Shown here: piece after piece, positions 1-13,602 of the stretch
Layout: every line of letters begins with the position of its first letter
How positions within the stretch are numbered: position 1 is the first letter of the stretch
Assembly: GCA_965153355.1 (NCBI GenBank)
Contig: OZ231126.1
Span: forward strand, 11,470,001 to 11,534,000
Direction: 5' to 3'
Source: Flaccisagitta enflata
Taxonomy: Eukaryota
DNA: 64,000 nucleotides
Translations under genes and position numbers: made by a program
Notes under the pieces: generated by a model
Told to the model about the DNA's origin: nothing
Seen by the model: only the letters and a program-made list of their open reading frames with translations
Database searches by the model: none

Positions 1-200
1 AGAGGCCTGATAGAGTTCGGGAGAGGCCTGATAGAGCTCGGAATGGTCTGATAGAGCTAGGGATAGGTCTGATGGAGCTAGGGATAGCTATGGATTAATA
101 ACGCCCGGCGGGATAGGTCTGATAGAGCTAGGAATGGTCTGATAGAGCTAAGGATAGGTCTGATGGAGCTAGGGATAGTTCTGATGGAGCTAGGGATAGC
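1..200. repeat. ~20-21-bp minisatellite (ggtctgatagagctagggata), probably the core of a HINE-like element ending near 252
   Basis: Tandem units followed by the cgtgtatccggccttgtt end motif shared with the other HINE copies. Confidence 0.7.
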
Positions 201-453
201 TATGAATAAATAACGCTCGGCGCACCGTCTTGGCCCGTGTATCCGGCCTTGTTGTATCACGGAAGATTGGCTGAATTAGTGATTCTTTTTAGCGTTACTA
301 CCCCCGCCCACCCTCAAACTACCCCTGCCCATCCACATTACTGCCCCTGCTCACCCGCAAGCGGCTCCCCATCAGTCGTTCATTTGGCCTTGTTTTTCTT
401 TCTTTCGCTGTTTCTTGGCACATTCCCATAAATTCTAACTCAGGGGCAAAAAA

Positions 454-528
<75 letters not shown>

Positions 529-606
529 AGGCAGAAGCAGAGAGAGACAGAAAGAGGCAGGCAGGCAGAGAGACAGACAGACAGAGGGACTGTCAGACAG
601 ACAGAC

Positions 607-649
<43 letters not shown>

Positions 650-934
650 TAGACATAAAGAGAGGCAGAGATGCTGAGAGAGATAGAGAGAGGCAGGCAG
701 ACAGACAGAAACTCAGGCTGGAAAAATGTTCGCGTGGGGGTGGTTTTTCTTACCCTCGATTAAGTCAATATTCAAAAGGATAACGAAATGATAAAATTGA
801 ACTGAAGATCACAATTAAGGACATGAATAATACAGTAACAAGTAACCCCGTCTAGTGGGACAGTATCATTTTGAACAGGGATGGCAGGAGCGCAAATGCG
901 GGTTTTCACCATGTTGGAAAGTTACTAACGGACG

Positions 935-1405
935 CAGTCTATGGACAAAACGAGGAGAGTAGATGTTGCTGATCATGCTTAGGCGTAGTTTTTTTAAAGT
1001 GTAGGCTTGTAATTACCTCATAGAAAATTACTGAGGACTGAAAGAAACTAACGCAAGAACGATTACTACAGGGAGGCCATGTAAAATCATGAAAGAAGTT
1101 TCTTCATGATTGAAAGCAAATATTGCCATCATGTCGCAGGGTCAGCCAGAGGGGGTCAATCTTAGTCCAGATGGAGGTCTCAAGTCCCAGGGGTGACTGC
1201 ATGCCAACTTTTGCTTTCAATTAAAAAGAAGTTCTTTTTATGATTTTACATAACCTCCCTGTTGTAATCGTTCTTCCATTAGTTTCTTTCAGTCCTCAGT
1301 AATTTTCTACAAGGTAATTACAAGCCTACATTTCGAAATAAACTACACATAAGCATCATACCGGTGATCAGCAAAATCTACTCTCCTCGTTTTGTCCATA
1401 GACTG
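935..1405. mobile_element. Tc1/mariner-like palindromic MITE
   Basis: CAGTCTATGGACAAAACGAGGAGAGTAGA / TCTACTCTCCTCGTTTTGTCCATAGACTG, ~190-bp arms, TA on the right flank. Confidence 0.8.
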
Positions 1406-2191
1406 TATAGGTGGGTTGAGTGGGATAAAGTGACGTCAGGTGTTTTTCCCCATCAGGATGGGATTTGATGGACTGTGTGTACCAAGGGACCGACAAAGCC
1501 TCTTTTGTTTAGCTAACTTTTTGTCTTTTTCTTTAGAGATACATCATAACATTTTTTAGGTAAGTTTTCCTCATTATTTTTTCGAAATGGTGGTTTTCAC
1601 AATGGTAAGTCTTTGGTCCTTGATGCGCTTTCTAAATCCAAAACATTTTTGAAATCGTCATAAATTTATGAAGAGATGTTTGAAACCATCGTTCTTTGAG
1701 CAAAGCGACCGATGTTCATTTTTCAACTGCCTGCTCCTCTTCCTCTTCTTCCTCCTCCTCATCCTCTTCCTCTTCTTGCTTCTAAACTACACCGCGATGC
1801 AGTCATCATAGTTTGAAATGCTTCATTTTAGCTTCAGACACAGAAAGCGACGTCTTACAACAATCACATTCATTGACTTAAGCATGAACTGTTGCTTGTG
1901 TATTTAATTTCACCCAGCAAAACGAAGCGAAGGTTTTCGTACACATTGGCTTGTCAGTCTGATTGACAGTTTGTCCGACCGAGAGATGGCTTATCCGTCC
2001 GATGGTCAGCTTATCCGTCCATTATTAGTTCTCTTAATCACCCAATGGCTAGCTTGTTCTACCGATGTCCTGCTCGTCCGTCTTTGATCCGTTTGTCTGC
2101 CCTCTGTGGCTGATTCGTCATAAAATGATAATTCAAGTTCATAACATTCATCCATCTACTAGTCCATGAATTGAGCCATCATCATCATTAC

Positions 2192-2256
<65 letters not shown>

Positions 2257-2334
2257 ACATCATAATCTTCATCATCATCATCATCAACGTCATCGTCGTC
2301 ATCATCGTCATCATCATCATCGTCATCGTCATCG

Positions 2335-2396
<62 letters not shown>

Positions 2397-3396
2397 TTAC
2401 TCATTCATACTTCCAGTCATTCATACATTCTTTCGTCCGCCAAGTTAACTCCGGGTTACTTGACCCATATCGTATTGTTTCTTCTCTATCTGTTACTTAA
2501 ATCAAGTGTACTTTTTCTATCTGTGAATTGTTAATCGGAAGAAGAAAAAAAAGAACAAGGATATCCGTAGCATTTCTGACTTCATATTAGTAAAAATGGC
2601 GATGGAAGCAACAATCTTGATGGTGGTACTTGGAAAAAAAACATACGAGGAAAGCCAATGAACCATCCAAACTAATGGGAACCCACCAGATTGTAAGGGA
2701 AAGAATTTAAGACCAGCGGGTGATGTGGGGGGGGGGGCGGGGGGAAGAAGTAGTACAAAGTTTGGGCCTGTCAAGCTGACAAAAAAAAAGACGTTGCTTC
2801 ACGACAGTTTAAGTTATAAGAAATAACTTTCATATATTTACAATAAAACAAAAAAAGGGGATGACGCGGGAATTTTGTGTAAAAAATGTTTTTGAATTGA
2901 TTGCGAGTTTTTTTGTTTAATGAAAACCCCTTTTTTCTCGCGGAGTCAAGCCCGCTTGTTCAGGGGATGGGAATTGGACAAAACAGTATCTTATAAATGG
3001 AGCAGCCAAAATAGGGTGAAAGAGGCAGGTGGGGGGGGGGGAGGGGAGTGACAACAACTTGTCATGAGATGATTGTTTTGGAGTGAGGGAGAGGACAAAA
3101 GAATAAGGACAAACCACATGAATGTCATTCTAAAGATGTCCAAATGGAACAGTGACAGCTGTGAAATCTGATGAAACTGCCATCGAGAAAGAGATTGGTG
3201 TAAATATGTTAGTGAAGAGATCTCTATAACATTAGCAGATGTATACCAATCAATCTTTTCGTGATCATGATGGAGGCGGTTTCATTACAGGCAAAATCCA
3301 CTGTTGGTCGATTAGCACCTTTTTTTTTAAATGAAATTTGTGTTACAATCATTCTTCATACATTTGAGTTTGAATGGCCGCCAGAGAAATGATCGG

Positions 3397-3452
<56 letters not shown>

Positions 3453-4483
3453 TTAAAAAGTCTAATATATTGAATCAATGCCAAGGTTGCAAATGGTAGT
3501 ATGGATATCAGAAGCAGAACTTTTGAAAAACCAACTGAAATTTCTGAATAAAAAAGAAAAAAAAAGACAAACAATCGTAACGATCTTTGAAAATTAACGA
3601 GGAAAGAGTGAGAGAATATTACCATATAATTTGAACTATATGTGAGTGATACAAGTGTATTTCATCACAACATATTACCTCAAGGCATCATTAATAATCA
3701 TTATCCTATTTAGTTCAATTTCGCAGCAAGTGAACTAATGTGAGACATACTTAGAATGTGTAAAAACCCATTCTCAAACTGAAAATATTCATTTTTGCAT
3801 CAGGTTTGCTTTGTAAAAATTGTTCAAAACAAAAATCACAATGATTTCACACGGCATTCCTGCTTTAAAAAAATTACTATCATGGGTGTAAAAAGGGTGT
3901 CTACACATATTAAGACACTCCATCATGTGTTTAAAAACAGGCACAAATACCCTTTCAGATGAGTTCACATTTTGCAAAATACTGATTTATCATCTGACCG
4001 ATTCTAATACCGAGTATATGATGTAACGAGGCGAAACACTCGTTTTGGGCACATTAACACTTCATCTTCTGACAAGGGCACAATGAAATGATTGACTAGG
4101 CGTTATGTGGAAGGGAATTTTCGTAATATCCAATCGAACAGATTTTGTTTTTAATTCCATCGTCCAGATTTTTTGATGTATATTTTTTCAGACGTTTCCA
4201 GTGTGTGAGAAAGACGAAGATGAAGAGGTAGAATTTCGATTAGAAATGACGAATTGTTCATCTTCGTTCACGCTTAGTCGATCATAAGAAGCAGAGAGAG
4301 AGAGAGAGAGACAGATTCTCGAGGGGCTCCGTGGCGGCTATACTGGGGCTTGGACTGGGGCAGGGGCTGGGGCTGAGGTTGGGGCTTGGGGAGGGGCACA
4401 TTGTTTTGAGTGGAAAAGAGAACCTTTTTTGGAAAGAAAAAAAGGTCGAACCTTTAGATGAGTTGTTGTTGTTTTTTATGCTT

Positions 4484-4607
<124 letters not shown>

Positions 4608-4924
4608 CGTTGTTGTTGTTGCAAAAGAGATAAGATGGATGGCGCGTCACGTTTTTTTTCTCGCGAATTACGGCACACAGAGGTCATCTTTTTCGTTTTG
4701 TGGTCGATTCCAAAAATAGTTGGCGATGGTCACTGAATAAGAATGACCCTCTGACTCCTCCTCCTCCTCTCCATCCTCGTCCCACTGACACCTCCACATC
4801 CTCCTCATTCTCCTCCTTCTCCTTCTTCTCCAACTCAATTTAACCGCAATTTCATTTCTCTTCCTTGTTATTTTTTCATCAGCAAAAATAGACAACAACA
4901 ACAACAACAACAACAACACAGGCA

Positions 4925-5420
4925 TAACCCGTGCGCGTGCGTGAGAGCGTCGCGTCGGGTGAAATGTCTCGTAGAAGGTAGACGCATGAGGGCAACTTCA
5001 AAGTGCACATGCGCCCAATTTTCAAATAATCCTTTTTTTTTTTAAATGTGTTTTTCTTTTTAATAAATGTAGACTATTTCTGAGTGTAAGTGCACCCTTG
5101 TGCGCACGGGTCTCACGCAGATACATGCGCATTGCTTGTCTAACTCAGATTTGAACTTAAACTGAGATGCTTTGGTGTCTTGTTTATTTTGATTGTGTGA
5201 GATTGCGACACCGCGTGTTTGCGTTCCGTTTACGTTTACGAAGCGTTATGTTGCGTTGCATTGCGTTGCATTGCGACGCCACATCTTTATCCAAGTCCTG
5301 ATGTCAGAAACTGACCCTCTCCTTGTGTGTACCAACTTGGAGCGCAGGCGCGAACCGAAGACAAAAATGAAGAACTGGGTACTTCCGATTCGCGCGCAAT
5401 TGACGAACGAACAAACGAAC
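4925..5420. promoter_or_regulatory. CpG-rich, promoter-like region with NRF1-like GCGC motifs
   Basis: Cluster of gcgcgtgcg, gcacatgcgc, catgcgcat and gcgcaggcgc in non-repetitive CpG-rich sequence; no associated CDS identified. Confidence 0.3.
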
Positions 5421-5615
5421 GAGTAGAATGAATTTTCAATGAACGTTTGATCGAGGGAAGGAATTCATTTCCAACGAATGAACGAAGTCGAAGGAGTGAA
5501 AAAAAAATTGAGAGAGATCTTGGTTTTTTTTTTTACCGGCGTCAACATGTAAGAACGCCGAATCTTCCATAGAAAATGGTGCCAGGTGGGACGCCTTTTA
5601 ATTTCTCATTATTGT

Positions 5616-5675
<60 letters not shown>

Positions 5676-6718
5676 AATGACACGATGACTTTCCTTTTTT
5701 CCATGATCGGAACAAAAAAATGTTGAAAGGAAAATTTTCTCTTTAACTTTTTCGTGGAGACAAAGAGAAGGAGAAAATCATTGAAACGGTTTGTTTGTTT
5801 GTTTGTTTTTTTTCCTGTACGTTGTTCTATTTTGATTAGTGAGATTTTTCCTCAAAGGGGGGCGAAAGAAGTACGATTGTGAGATTTGACTTATGTTCTC
5901 GCTTATTCAGCGTTAACACTGTTTCCCGTTAACAGCGTTTTTCGCTAAAAACGTTTTCCGTTAACAGCGTTTTTCATAAACAGCGTTTCTCGTTGACAGC
6001 GTCTTTTTTTTCTCATGACAGCGCCAAGAAGACAAAACTCCGCTTCCACGATTTTGACGAGGAACAAAAAATCAACTGGAGATTCTTATTTCATCTTCAG
6101 GGGTCAACAGAAACTAACTTTTTCTTCCAAAATTTGAAATTAGCTTTAAAGACAAAGGAGAATGAGCGAGACGCGCAAAAAGAGAGATGTAAAAGTAGAC
6201 TTTTGGAAAGTCTTTTCCGATTGTTTGTTTTTTTACTTTGTCTCAGCTCAATTTTGTCTTTTGTTTTCGTTTTTTGTTTTAGTCTTTTGTTTTCGTCACG
6301 TTCTTTTGTTGGAGCCGTTTGAGACAGTTCCTTTCTCACCGCCACTTATTTCCTCTCCTCCTCCTCCTCCTCCTCCTCCTCCTCCTCCTCCTCCTCCTCC
6401 TCCTCCTCCTCCTCCTCCTCCACCACCACCACCTTCGCCCCCTCCTTCCGGCACCACGTCCGCGCTTCCTTCTTTACTGCTTCCGTTTCCGCTCAGCACT
6501 TTCCTGTAAGCGGAGATATCGGCCAAAACTTCAAACACTTCATTTTCCTCTTCTTCCTCGTCTCCTTCTTCTTCGGTCGAGTTGGCGGCTATGACTGAGC
6601 CCGCGATGGCCCCAACAGCCACGATAGCCTCGTCCAACGAAGACTGTTTGGCTTTGACGAGCAATTTGTGAGCGCCGGATATTGACGGGATATCCACGGA
6701 TTTTTGGGGTCCATATAG

Positions 6719-6795
6719 TCAGATGGACCCTGGCTTGGTTTCTTGCCTCTCGAGCTTGTGGGTGGAGTGGTGGTTTCTGCCGTTGTGGGCGCCGC
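6719..6795 (-). CDS. NHL-repeat protein putative last coding exon (GGAHNGRNHHSTHKLERQETKPGSI*), with a possible readthrough extension to 6296
   Basis: ttttctcaacag acceptor; the phase-1 junction G|GC fits the upstream donor; TGA at 6721-6719; the same frame stays open to the TGA at 6298-6296. Confidence 0.6.
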
Positions 6796-7393
6796 CTGTT
6801 GAGAAAACTTGGGTGTGTCAATAGGATGTGATTATGTAATTTGCCATTTTTTAAGTGCGTCCTCGCACTTCTATAAGAGGTCATGTCCGTCTGTTGGTTG
6901 GTCTGTCTGTAACGCAAACGGAATCAAACGGAATCAAACGTAACCAAACGGAATCAAACGCTTAAAACGGTCAATTCTGTCGTCATTCTTCATTTCTATC
7001 ACCTCTCATGCCTTACCACACTAATTTTCATTCTGTTTTTCATTCATTCGTTCATTCATTCATTCATTCATTCATTCATTCATTCATTCATTCATTCATT
7101 CATTCATTCATTCATTCATTCATTCAAAACGTTCATTTACAAATTCTTAATCAAGCGAGGTGCACTTATTGGCCATAACTAGGCCTTGTTTTTGTCTAAG
7201 AATTAACATTATTATCGAAATCCTTCAGCATCAGTTTTTTTTTAAATTGCATTTGTCTCCCTTTGTTTCACAACATTAACATTTGGTCCCTCATTTGTGT
7301 GTATTGTTGTGTTCTGGGTTTTGGGATACAATCATCAATCAAAAAAATAAAGACTTTTAACAAAATTGGGCACAGTCCTTTAAAGTACACATA

Positions 7394-7570
7394 CAGTTGA
7401 ACCCCGCTCTAATGGACCCGCCACCAACGGAATTCCGCCTATAACAGATGTAAATCTATGGTTCTTTCAAATTAATTCCTTTTATTTCCTTTGTTGAAAA
7501 TATTAGAAGATCGCCTATAACAGAAAAAAATTGTTAGTCCCCTGAATACGATTAGAGCAGGGTTCAACTG
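7394..7570. mobile_element. pogo/Tigger-like MITE (second, more decayed copy at 8610-8785)
   Basis: TA|CAGTTGAACCCCGCTCTAAT...ATTAGAGCAGGGTTCAACTG|TA. Confidence 0.85.
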
Positions 7571-7854
7571 TACTTAAAAGACAATATTAATTCAAAGAAA
7601 AACCAAAAGATAAGCAAATTTTTAAAAGACAAAGATGCAAAAAGTCTTGTTCACTATCAACTAAAAAAAAACTTGTGCAGATTGACACACATACACAGGC
7701 GCTCTTGCCATGGCTGCCTCCCCGTGGCTGATCATGGTCATGCTCAACTGGAGATGCTCAACATGCTCAATGCTCATTTGCACATTGAAACACACACACA
7801 TGTACATCCAAACCTGTCATAGCTGATTTGCCGCAGCTGATCATGGTCATGCCC

Positions 7855-8059
<205 letters not shown>

Positions 8060-8149
8060 CACACACATCCAAACTTGACATGGCAGCCTCTCCATTGCTG
8101 ATCATGGTCATGCTCATTTGCATACTGATACACACACACACAATTGTAC

Positions 8150-8375
8150 CTGCCATGGCTGCTTCTCCATTGCTGATCATGGTCATGCTCATTTGCGTGA
8201 CCATCTTGGGGGTTTCCGGGGGAGCTGCGTTGGTGTAGAGGTATTTCTTGATGCATTGTTGTTGAGGGTAGCAAATGTAGCAATGGCCTTGGTCGTCGGT
8301 CACGATGCCCGTGGGCTCGGTCAACCCGGCCTCGCCTTTAATCGTTGAGATCAGGGGACCTTCGTAATTGTAAAC
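8150..8375 (-). CDS. NHL-repeat protein exon: VYNYEGPLISTIKGEAGLTEPTGIVTDDQGHCYICYPQQQCIKKYLY...AAMA
   Basis: cag acceptor at 8378-8376, 226 nt (phase 0 to phase 1), G|gtacaa donor. LTEPTGIVTDDQGHCYI resembles a final NHL blade. Confidence 0.85.
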
Positions 8376-9093
8376 CTGCGCAGCGTCAACGAGAAAATAC
8401 AAGGGGATAAATGATCATTTCACATAAAGCATTTGTTATAGGAAAGATTCATTATTAATCGCACAGCTACAGTAAGTAGGGGTTCACTAGACACCATAGA
8501 TAACTGTGATGGACTGATGGTTCCAGATTAACCACTATTGCCAGCGCCAGAGGATTTCAATCTTGAAATAGATGGGGTTGAGAAGTACCATTTTCCAACT
8601 TTCCACATGCAGTTGAATCCCGCAATAACGGATGCTAAGAGACTTACAAATATTTTTCATGTGAATTTACTAGGTTGCCAATTTAGGAGATAAAAGGAAA
8701 TAACATAAAAGGACCAAACTTTGATATCCATTTGTCATAAGCAGATTTCCGTTACTGTCAGATCTGTTATAACGGGGTGTAACTGTGTGTCAGTTTTGAA
8801 TGTAGCAAAGAATATGGATTCACTTGCCATAGACATATGTATGCGAATTTTGCGAGAGAAAAAAAAAAAGAGTGAAAGAAGGTTCAAAGACCTCCTTCCG
8901 GATGCTGTCCAAACGGGCAATGTTGTTGTTTTCTCTGCTCCTCTCCCCTCTTATGAAATTTCAGTGCGAAATATGATCGGTTCTTGGCAATCTCAGGGAA
9001 AATACAAAGAAATGGACTAAGAAAAAAAAATAGTTATTTCTCCCCTGGAGCTCATGGATGGAATTTTCCTCCCATTTCATGTTTTCTGAACTT

Positions 9094-9363
9094 GGGGCGT
9101 GTTTCTAGTGAGCGCCAAAAACGCGTTTGTTCCCATGAAACGCGATAACAGCGTGAACACATATCAAAAAATTTCAACTGTCCCACGATGGAGTGAGCGA
9201 AGTGAGTGAGCGAGCCCGTGAATGGAGTGAGCGAGCGAAGCCTGCGTAGCAAAGCGGAGCGCTGCGGAGCGAGTGAGCGGAGTGAGCGGTGCGAGCGAAC
9301 GAACGTAGCGAGCGACCGAGTGGCCCGTTCAAAACGCGATTGTCTATGACTAGAAACGTCCCC
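9094..9363. mobile_element. PIF/Harbinger-like MITE with internal (GAGT/GAGC)n
   Basis: GGGGCGTGTTTCTAGT / ACTAGAAACGTCCCC ends; a related internal sequence recurs near 28850-28900. Confidence 0.6.
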
Positions 9364-9969
9364 TTAATCGTTGGTGGTCTGAGCCGAGGTCGAGGGTGCA
9401 CCCGAGAAATGCTTTCCTAATGGCCGAGGTCAGATATTGATTTTTCGCAGGTCAAAAACGGTTTCAATATGATTATGAAGAAAATCTGTGGTCGTATCCA
9501 CGCAACTCCATCCGTCCGTCCGTCCGTTCGTCCGTCCGTCCGTCCGTCCGTCCGTCCGTCCGTCCGTCCGTCCGTCCGTCAGTCCGTCCGTCCATCCGTC
9601 CGTAATACAAAATACAAAATACAAAAAAAAAAAAGATACAAAATAGGGCCAATAAGTGCGCCTCGCTTGATTAAAGATTTGTGAATGAACGTTTTTGATG
9701 AGTGAATGAATGAATGAATGAATGAATGAATGAATGAATGAATGAATGAATGAATGAATGAATGAATGAATGAATGAATGAAAATGAATGAGGTAAGGCA
9801 TGAAAAATGATAGGAATGAAGAAATACGACATAATCAGCCGTTTTGCACATTTCAAACGTTTGCTCGACCGACCAACCAACCAACCGACTAACCAACCGA
9901 CCGACGGACACGACCTCTTATAGAAGTGCGAGGACGCACTTAAAAAGAAAATTGGAAACGGTGAAGTAC

Positions 9970-10064
9970 CTGAATTTGGTTTTTGTCGTTATCGCTGACG
10001 AGAATGTGGAGTTGATGATCCACGAAAACTCCATCCGGACGACCGAACAGACCGGCAGCCTGAC
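9970..10064 (-). CDS. NHL-repeat protein (TRIM-NHL-like), internal exon: GQAAGLFGRPDGVFVDHQLHILVSDNDKNQIQ
   Basis: ttcag acceptor, phase-1 start, CAG|gtac donor at phase 0. The peptide matches the NHL blade pattern F-x-x-P-x-G-V-x-V-D...I-L-V-S-D-x-x-x-x-x-I-Q and joins in frame to VYNYEG of the next exon. Not in the ORF track. Confidence 0.85.
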
Positions 10065-11203
10065 CTGAACATGAAGAAGGGCAAAGAGAGGGAGGAGGGA
10101 AAATGAAAATATGAGGGAAACGTCATCCGTTCGGCTGAACAGACCGGCAGCCTGAGCTGAAGATGGAGAAGGGATGACAGAATGGTGAAAATATGAGGGA
10201 ACAAGGCACGGATACACGGCCATCAGTCGCGGACGGGTGGGCAGGGGCGGAAATGCGCGTTTTACCGATTTTCGACTCAATGGTTACGGACGGACGGACG
10301 GACGGACGGACGTACCGACGGACGGACGGACGGGCGGACGGACAAAGCCTCTTATAGAGTTGCGTGTCCGCAACTAAAAAGAGAGGGAGGAGGGAAAATG
10401 AAAATATGAAGGTCCATCAGTCTGGCTAAACAGACCGGCAGCCTGACCTGAAGATGGAAAAGGGATGACAGAATGGTGAAAATATGAGCTAGACAAACTA
10501 CACCAGTAAGACCAAACAGACCGGCAGCCTGACCTAAAGAGGGAGCAAAGGAGTGGGAAGGGGAGGAGGAAGGAGGGAAATATGAAAATATGAGTGAGAG
10601 AAACTTCTTCAGTATCACCAAACAGCCTAATCTGAGGATGCGGAAAGGGAGTGGAAAGAGTAGGAAGGAGAAAGGAGAGATGAATAAATGGATTAGAGAA
10701 ACTTGATAAGGGCGGCCGAACAGACCGACATCTTGACAAACTGACAGCAGTGTGGTTAGGGTGTGGAGAGGGTGTGGGTATGGCGTAAGTGTAAGGAGCA
10801 AGTGGATGGTGATAATAGAGAGAGAGAATCGGTGAATAGGGACTTGATTTTATTGACAGACAAACAAATGAAGGAGAAAATAGTTAAACAGATACTTTAA
10901 CCAATCACAAGATACATATAGGCAGGAGTACAAACAGAGGAAATGTGCCAGGATAACTTTTCTTGCGGGGGGGGGGGGCAAAATGGAGAAGAAAAGAAGC
11001 CCTCCTTTAACTTTAACCTCTACTTCAATTTCTTGTCTCTCTCCTAGCTCTTTATTTTCTTTTTCTGGCTTTTACTGTTGCGCTTGTCTTCCCTCTCTTA
11101 AGCTTCTCTTTCGCTTCTCCCGCCGTCGCTCTCAGACATTGCTTTTAGCTTCTACTCTCTTAAACTTTCAAAGAAAACATAAACTTAGTTGTGTCTCGAC
11201 GGG

Positions 11204-12640
11204 GAAAGATGATGACAGTAACAGCACATGAAAGTTGCGGCATGGGAGATGAAAGATGATGACAGTTACAGCACATGAAAGTTGTGGCATGGGAGGTGAA
11301 AGATGATGACAGTAACAACAGAAAAAAGTTGCTGCATGGGAGATGAAAGATGACGACAGTAACAGCACATGAAAGTTGTGGCATGGGAGGTGAAAGATGA
11401 TGACAGTAACAACAGAAAAAAGTTGCTGCATTGGAGGTGAAAGATGACGACAGTAACAGCACATAAAAGTTGTGGCATGGGAGATGAAAGATGATGATAG
11501 TTACAGCACATGAAAGTTGCGGCATGGGAGATGAAAGATGACTACAGTAACAGCACATGAAAGTTGTGGCATGGGAGGTGAAAGATGATGACAGTAACAA
11601 CAGAAAAAAGTTGCTGCATTGGAGGTGAAAGATGATGACAGTAACAGCACATGAAAGTTGTGGCATGGGAGGCGAAAGATGATGACAGTTACAGCACATG
11701 AAAGTTGTGGCATGGGAGGTGAAAGATGATGACAGTAACAGCACATGAAAGTTGCGGCATGGGAGATGAAAGATGGTGACAGTTACAGCACATGGAAGTT
11801 GCGGCATGGGAGGTAAAAGATTATGACAGTAACCGCACATGAAAGTTGCGGCGTGGGAGGTGAAAGCTGATGACAGTAACAACAGAAAAAAGTTGCTGCA
11901 TTGGAGGTGAAAGATGATGACAGTAACAGCACATGAAAGTTGTGGCATGGGAGATGAAAGATGATGATAGTTACAGCACATGAAAGTTGCGGCATGGGAG
12001 ATGAAAGATGACTACAGTAACAGCACATGAAAGTTGTGGCATGGGAGGTGAAAGATGATGACAGTAACAACAGAAAAAAGTTGCTGCATTGGAGGTGAAA
12101 GATGATGACAGTAACAGCACATGAAAGTTGTGGCATGGGAGGCGAAAGATGATGACAGTTACAGCACATGAAAGTTGTGGCATGGGAGGTGAAAGATGAT
12201 GACAGTAACAGCACATGAAAGTTGCGGCATGGGAGATGAAAGATGGTGACAGTTACAGCACATGGAAGTTGCGGCATGGGAGGTAAAAGATTATGACAGT
12301 AACCGCACATGAAAGTTGCGGCGTGGGAGGTGAAAGCTGATGACAGTAACAACCGAAGAAAGATGCAGCAATGGCGGTGAAACATGATGACAGTCACAGC
12401 AGAGGAAAGTTGCAGCAATGGCGGTGAAAGATGATGACAGTAAGAGCACATAAAAGTTGCGGCAATGGCGGTAAAGATGATGACAGTAACAGTTGCAGCA
12501 ATAGCAATGGATGACAGTTCCAGCACAAAAAAGAAGCGACATTGGCAGTGAAAAATGATGGCAGTTACAGCACAAGAAAGTCACGGCAACGGCGGTGAAG
12601 GATGATGACAGCAACAGCAGAAGAAAGTTGCGGTGAAAGA
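11204..12640. repeat. 47-bp minisatellite (~30 units) with a 470-bp higher-order repeat
   Basis: Unit gaaagatgatgacagtaacagcacatgaaagttgtggcatgggaggt; variant units recur at an exact 470-bp offset (identical ORFs at 11501 and 11971). Confidence 0.9.
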
Positions 12641-12719
12641 TGAACCTTCTCTTGATTCTTAAACCCTAAAATCATCGCTTGTCCGAGGGAACACAAAGTC
12701 AGAACGCTCACATTTCTTC

Positions 12720-13347
<628 letters not shown>

Positions 13348-13602
13348 AGAAATACCCAAATTCAACCAACCACGACGTAAACGACACTCTGTCTGTAATT
13401 TATGTGTAAATGTCTCACGTAAATTCGAACTCGGGTTCATTTGGTCTAGTCGTCTCTCGCCCGGCGACCTCGCATGGATGTGCACAATTGTGTAATTGTT
13501 GTTTTCTCTTTCCCAGCGACCTTGCATGGTCGTGCACGATCGACCACCCGTTTGGCTTAGGTATTTCGACCCCGTGATTCTGACACACTGCATTAGTCTT
13601 TT

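Noticed and set aside
6719-6721. UGA as selenocysteine
   Set aside because: Lies in a low-complexity tail with no redox motif, and no SECIS recognised; leaky readthrough or a true stop is more likely.
11160-12614. Cys/His-rich repetitive ORFs resembling metallothionein or zinc fingers; CRISPR-like periodicity
   Set aside because: 47-bp minisatellite; the unit is not a multiple of 3 and there are no unique spacers or cas genes.
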